This document shows positions 62,668 through 64,000 of a stretch of DNA of 64,000 nucleotides, in pieces. The translations under genes were made by a program, and so were the position numbers. The stretch is from NCBI GenBank assembly GCA_043228905.1, contig JBHGNT010000006.1:21328001-21392000 (forward strand), written 5' to 3'. Below the pieces are notes generated by a model. It saw only the letters and a list, made by a program, of their open reading frames with translations, ran no database searches and had not been told where the DNA came from. The stretch's first letter is position 1, and every line of letters begins with the position of its first letter. The stretch comes from Azolla caroliniana. Its lineage: Eukaryota > Plantae > Polypodiophyta.

Positions 62668-64000
62668 TGTTGGACTTCCACAAGGAGGAACTGGAGGATG
62701 CTATGAGGCAGGATGTAGTGTTGGGATGGGAGAGGATCAATAATGAAGGTTGGGCGTGGACTCAAGGGGAGGGTCTATGCCCTTGTTGGGAAATCGGTCC
62801 CTCCGAATGGGATCCGGTTATGAATGAAGAGGACCTGACGAGAACCGGAAGAGATCCGGAAACCAGATCGGGTGGACCCGCTGAGAACCAGAAGAGAAGA
62901 CATATTTGTACATATGTTTTGAGTAAGCCTATTGAGGCTATATTTGTACATAGCCCTAAGTTCATATAAGTATAAATATGACTTAGGGCAATCACTTAGT
63001 GTGTGGTTGTCATATTGTTGTATGTATAACTATTGTATAGAGCGAGTGACAATGAGAGATAGAGAGAGTGTGAGATACAGAACGACTTTTGTTGTAACCA
63101 CTGCTTGGCGAAGAAACAGAGCTTGAGGTCGTTGCCTCCAAGTCTCTAATTGTACTCTTTCTTCATAGTGTTAGTTCGGAGTCTGTGGGATCTCGTGGTT
63201 TTTCCCTATTAGGGTTTTCCATGTAAACATCTTGTGTACTCTCTATCGTTGTGTGTGTGTACGTGTGTTCACCCTCTATTTCCCATTTCTATGTTTCATT
63301 CTCATTGAAATGATTCATTACTCGGTTGTGGCCTAGTAGTATTCCATGCTTTTCTTTTCAATCTGGTATCAGAGCGAACAACAAAGGAAATGGAAGAATC
63401 GTTCGGCGGCATGTTCAAGCTCACCGACTCCAACTACTCAGTGTGGAAGTCGAAGATGAGGGATATGTTGGTGGTTAAAGATCTTTGGATGCCGGTTCAG
63501 TTCGGGGACAAGAGATCGAATAAGATTGACGCCACAGTGTGGGAGGTGATGTACATGAAGACGACGACATACATCCGGTGCTTCATTGACATGATCCTGT
63601 ACAACAACTTCAATGAAGAGAGCAAGGCTCATGAACTCTGGGAGAAGATAGGCATCATGTTCCAGAACAAGAATGATGTTAATCGGGTTTTGGTATTCCG
63701 GAAGCTAGTGAGGCTCCGGTACCAGGACGACTCTAGTATGGCGGAGCACATGAATGCCTTCCAAAGACTGATACACGAGGCAACCTCGTTGGAAGTACCT
63801 CTCACCGATGAGGTACTCACATTACTCCTGCTCGGTTCCCTCCCGGATAGTTGGGAGATGCTAGTTGTCATGTTGGGCAATGCCGGGCCGGAAGGAAAGT
63901 AGTTGTCCCTAGCAAGGATAAAATCAAGCTTGCTAGATAAAGAAGCTTGCCGGAAGGACCGAGAGTCCGGAACTGATCCGAAGGCCTTAGTCACGGAAGA
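62668..64000 (+). mobile_element. 5' end of a copia element of the same family as 13018-17983: 5' LTR to 63360, PBS, gag
   Basis: LTR ends TTTTCA at 63360; PBS TGGTATCAGAGC at 63364; gag ORF 63390-63902 matches the gag at about 13.8-14.3 kb. LTR start is either 62668 or 62719. Confidence 0.9.

Overview
Plant nuclear DNA; the retroelement families and MIR529 are consistent with a seed-free plant such as a fern, but the taxon is inference. Most of the window is nested, decayed retrotransposon: Ty1/copia, a non-chromoviral Ty3/gypsy family with TGTC...GACA LTRs, a chromovirus-type gypsy and L1-type LINEs. LTR, PBS, PPT and TSD boundaries can often be read to the base. Two host loci stand out. 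The first is an intact, intronless U-box/ARM E3 ligase gene (28647-30170, +) whose upstream region carries an 84-bp minisatellite that amplifies DRE/CRT cores. The second is a MIR529 precursor (about 58612-58866, -), which the ORF track cannot show. It is flanked by an upstream 60-aa small ORF (miPEP candidate), a G-quadruplex motif and a second, unrecognised miRNA-like hairpin about 1 kb downstream. The retroelements show an apparent CpG-centred target preference, a PPT-hairpin/double-PPT arrangement, telo-box-rich LTRs and a duplicated LTR-flank junction.
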